Both the position numbers and the translations under genes were made by a program. Below are positions 26,872 to 29,485 of a stretch of DNA of 29,485 nt, one piece after another. Every line of letters begins with the position of its first letter. Positions within the stretch are counted from its first letter, which is position 1. Source of the stretch: Candidatus Micrarchaeota archaeon (GTDB lineage: Archaea; Iainarchaeota; Iainarchaeia; Iainarchaeales; JAGVWC01); NCBI GenBank assembly GCA_043803815.1, contig JAZDJR010000023.1, positions 1-29,485 of the forward strand. Reading direction: 5' to 3'. The notes beneath the pieces are model-generated. The model made no database searches and was not told the origin of the DNA. It saw only the letters and a program-made list of their open reading frames with translations.

Positions 26872-27957
26872 ATGCCAGCCGCAAAAAAAACCGATTCAAA
26901 AAAAGCCGATTCCGGCAGTACGGCAAAACCCAAAAAAGCATCTTCGCTTTTGGAAACACAGGTTCCAACCGTACTAGCCGTATTATTGCTTATTTTGGGG
27001 CTGATGGCGGGGTTTGCCCTGCACGCCTGGTTTTTTCCCGCCAAAACCATTATCGCTTCGCCCGAATCAACACCGCTTGAAATTACATTACTAATAGATT
27101 CGGACTGCAAGCTCTGCAAAAACGAATCCTCCTTTGAAACGCTTTTGACCCAGAGAAAAATTTCTTTCCATACAACGATTGTGGATGCCAAAACTGCCGC
27201 TGGGCAGGCACTGGCAGAACAAAATAAAATCGTTTCGTTTCCAGCCGTCGTTGTTCCCGTGGAAGAATTCAAAAATGCGGACGCAGCGTTGTTTGCGAAT
27301 CTGCAGGTTTCGTTTCCCATTCAAAACAATTCCCTTGTAATGGAAGAACGAATATTGGCCAGGCAAACCCGCGTGGCCGCCAATTTTATGTTTGCGAAAA
27401 ACCCGGCCGGAACCGCCTGCACGGTCAAGCCCGACCAAGTCACTTTGTGGGAATTCGGCGACTTTTTAGCGCCGCCGGTTTTTGAAGCGGATTCCAAAAT
27501 CCAGCAATTGGAAAACGATTTGAACCGACAACTCGATTTTGAATTCAAATTTTTGTTCGTGCAAAGCCAAAACGCGGAATATCCCGCCTTTGCACAGGCT
27601 TGCGCCGCAGACCAAGGCCTTGCCCGCGAATACCGAAGGCAATTGCTTTCGCGATACCACTCCCTGCAAATCCCCATTTGGATTCTTGACGAAGAATTTT
27701 ATCTGGCCCAAAACGTCCTGCATATTGCCGACATCAACCTGTTTAAGGACTGCGTCATCAACCAAAAATATCGCGGCGCCGTTTCGCGCGACAACGGAAG
27801 CGACCTCGCACTGGCCAAAGCCTACGGATTTACCGAGCCCCGCAACACGGTTCCATGGTTTGTCGTCGACTGCCAATACGTGGTTCAGTCCCCCGACCAA
27901 TTGCCAAGCCAGGTTTGCCAGCAAAGGCCAGAGTTAAGCAACTGCAAAGCCCGGTGA
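26872..27957 (+). CDS. Membrane-anchored tandem thioredoxin/DsbA-fold protein
   Basis: TM, CKLC...SFPA domain, then DsbA-like EFGDFLAPPV...TVPWFVV. Confidence 0.75.
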   Translation: MPAAKKTDSKKADSGSTAKPKKASSLLETQVPTVLAVLLLILGLMAGFALHAWFFPAKTIIASPESTPLEITLLIDSDCKLCKNESSFETLLTQRKISFHTTIVDAKTAAGQALAEQNKIVSFPAVVVPVEEFKNADAALFANLQVSFPIQNNSLVMEERILARQTRVAANFMFAKNPAGTACTVKPDQVTLWEFGDFLAPPVFEADSKIQQLENDLNRQLDFEFKFLFVQSQNAEYPAFAQACAADQGLAREYRRQLLSRYHSLQIPIWILDEEFYLAQNVLHIADINLFKDCVINQKYRGAVSRDNGSDLALAKAYGFTEPRNTVPWFVVDCQYVVQSPDQLPSQVCQQRPELSNCKAR

Positions 27958-27964
27958 AAAAACA

Positions 27965-28531
27965 ATGGCGAACCCGCTGAAACAAACTATTTCTATTTTT
28001 GTTTTAGGGCTCTTAATCGGAAGCGCGGGAATGTGGATTTATCAAACCGATTTTCAATCATCAACTACGGGTTTAGCAACACTTTCAAACACCAACAGCA
28101 TTCAGCCATTTTTTTGCCCTCGCGATTCGTGCGCAAATCGTTTGTCCCAAAAAATTTCCGAAGCCAAAGATTCGGTTGACGTCGCGATTTATTCGTTTAC
28201 TTCCAAAGAAATCAAAACCGCGCTAATTGAAGCCAAAAACAACGGAGTAACGGTTCGCGTATTGTTCGACGCGGGACAAGCCAAATCCCAATACTCAACA
28301 GACGAAGAACTCCAAAACGCGGGAATTTTAGTCAAGCGCATGGAACTGGAACGCGGAATTTTGCACGACAAATTCGCGATTATTGATTCCCAAACCGTAG
28401 CAACAGGCTCGTTTAATTATTCCGCAAACGCGGACGAATACAACAAGGAAAACCTCGTGTTTATTACCGATTCCGCGATTGCACACCAATACGCCGCCGA
28501 ATTTGAAAACTTATGGAACCAAACCATTTGA
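27965..28531 (+). CDS. Phospholipase D-family (single HKD, Nuc-like) exported nuclease
   Basis: HDKFAIID, TGSFNYS, NKENL; N-terminal TM. Confidence 0.92.
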   Translation: MANPLKQTISIFVLGLLIGSAGMWIYQTDFQSSTTGLATLSNTNSIQPFFCPRDSCANRLSQKISEAKDSVDVAIYSFTSKEIKTALIEAKNNGVTVRVLFDAGQAKSQYSTDEELQNAGILVKRMELERGILHDKFAIIDSQTVATGSFNYSANADEYNKENLVFITDSAIAHQYAAEFENLWNQTI

Positions 28532-29109
28532 CCTTTTCCGTTGAAAAAACGGTTTACCCGCCATGCGAAGATTCCTATTTACTGGCCCATGCGCTGAAAA
28601 TTCCCCGCAACGCGGCCGTTTTGGATTTGGGGTGCGGAAGCGGAATCCAAGGCATCACCGCAATCAAAGGCGGGGCCAGCGAAATTTGGTTTTTGGATAT
28701 AAACCAAAAAGCGCTTTCTTGCGCAAAAAAAAACCTTGAAAAAAACATCGGGAAAAAAGAATTAAAAAAAATAAAAACGATTTTCAAAAAATCCGACTTG
28801 TTCTCCAAAATACCGGGAAAAAAAACATTTGACTGCATTGTTTTCAATCCGTCGTACGTTCCAAGCGAAACCATCCAATGGAACGACACGGACGGCGGAA
28901 AAAACGGGCGCGAAACCCTGGACAGGTTCCTAAAATCCGCGGGAAAATTTTTGAACCCCAAAGGAACGGTTTATTTTTTGCAGTCAAGTGTGAACGGAAT
29001 CCAAAAAACCGAATCCAAGCTGAAAAAACTCGGGTTCGAATTTGAAATCGTCGCAAGGCAAAAACTATTTTTCGAAGAACTCGCCGTTTTTCGCTGCAGA
29101 AAAAAATGA
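28513..29109 (+). CDS. HemK2/Mtq2-like SAM methyltransferase
   Basis: VYPPCEDSYLL, LDLGCGSG, SDLFS, FNPSY, DGGKNGRE. Confidence 0.92.
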   Translation: MEPNHLTFSVEKTVYPPCEDSYLLAHALKIPRNAAVLDLGCGSGIQGITAIKGGASEIWFLDINQKALSCAKKNLEKNIGKKELKKIKTIFKKSDLFSKIPGKKTFDCIVFNPSYVPSETIQWNDTDGGKNGRETLDRFLKSAGKFLNPKGTVYFLQSSVNGIQKTESKLKKLGFEFEIVARQKLFFEELAVFRCRKK

Positions 29110-29344
29110 CCGCCTCAACAAAATAGAACCGTTGTTTTTCCTAAACGATACTTTGTCAAGCGAAACCCTAAAACAATTGCGAAAGGAAAAATACACGATT
29201 CACACCAAAATACGATTGATTCGGGAGCGATTCAGCATCAAAACGGATTATTTCGTCCCGGCCAAAATCCAATTCAAAGAAAATATTTGGACGAATGAAA
29301 AAAGCACACCCGGTGAAATGCTTTACGACGGGATTATTTTTGAT

Positions 29345-29485
29345 CCTGACTTCGCCACTTTTTGAGTAAAAAAAGGTTACGTTTTGTGGTATCATTATTG
29401 AGGTGATACCTTTTGAGACAAAACGTAACCTATACTATTGGAAATATCGCATTGATTGATAAAGTTAACGAAAAGTTCGGTTTGT
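29345..29485 (+). mobile_element. Probable left end of an IS (IS1634/IS4-like), truncated by the window edge
   Basis: Candidate end CCTGACTTCGCCAC, strong SD GAGGTGAT, TTG 29413 ORF MRQNVTYTIGNIALIDKVNEKFGL, long hairpin covering SD and start. Confidence 0.5.
29413..29485 (+). CDS. 5' end of a gene, possibly a transposase (partial)
   Basis: SD at 29400-29407, TTG start, open to window end. Confidence 0.6.
   Translation, partial: MRQNVTYTIGNIALIDKVNEKFGL

Noticed and set aside
29042-29365. 107-aa ORF after the methyltransferase
   Set aside because: Start overlaps the upstream gene and no motif is present; may be a truncated remnant, so not called

Overview
Archaeal chromosomal window. GatD/GatE, archaeal-type ProRS, ATP-dependent DNA ligase, BHB-type tRNA introns and a C/D box sRNA support this. 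The gene content and many orphan and surface proteins suggest a DPANN lineage such as Iainarchaeota/Diapherotrites (inference). Housekeeping genes include gatE, gatD, lig, proS, a type 2 RNase H with an RNase HIII-like N-domain, tatD, a HemK-like methyltransferase, a beta-CASP nuclease, and HAD, GNAT, PIN, EamA, PLD and thioredoxin-fold proteins. There are two intron-containing tRNA-Pro genes, a small AT-rich island of two paralogous membrane peptides, a large cell-surface putative glycoside hydrolase, and a probable IS end at the right edge. The most striking unexplained signal is a dispersed family of short hairpin elements, several with mirror-repeat geometry compatible with an intrastrand triplex. 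Copies make up much of both tRNA-Pro introns, sit between direct duplications of tRNA ends and of a gene start, and pile up behind tRNA-Pro(TGG). One free-standing copy has the same architecture as the neighbouring tRNA intron, which suggests a non-autonomous mini-element linked to tRNA intron gain. All calls are by eye, without database searches.
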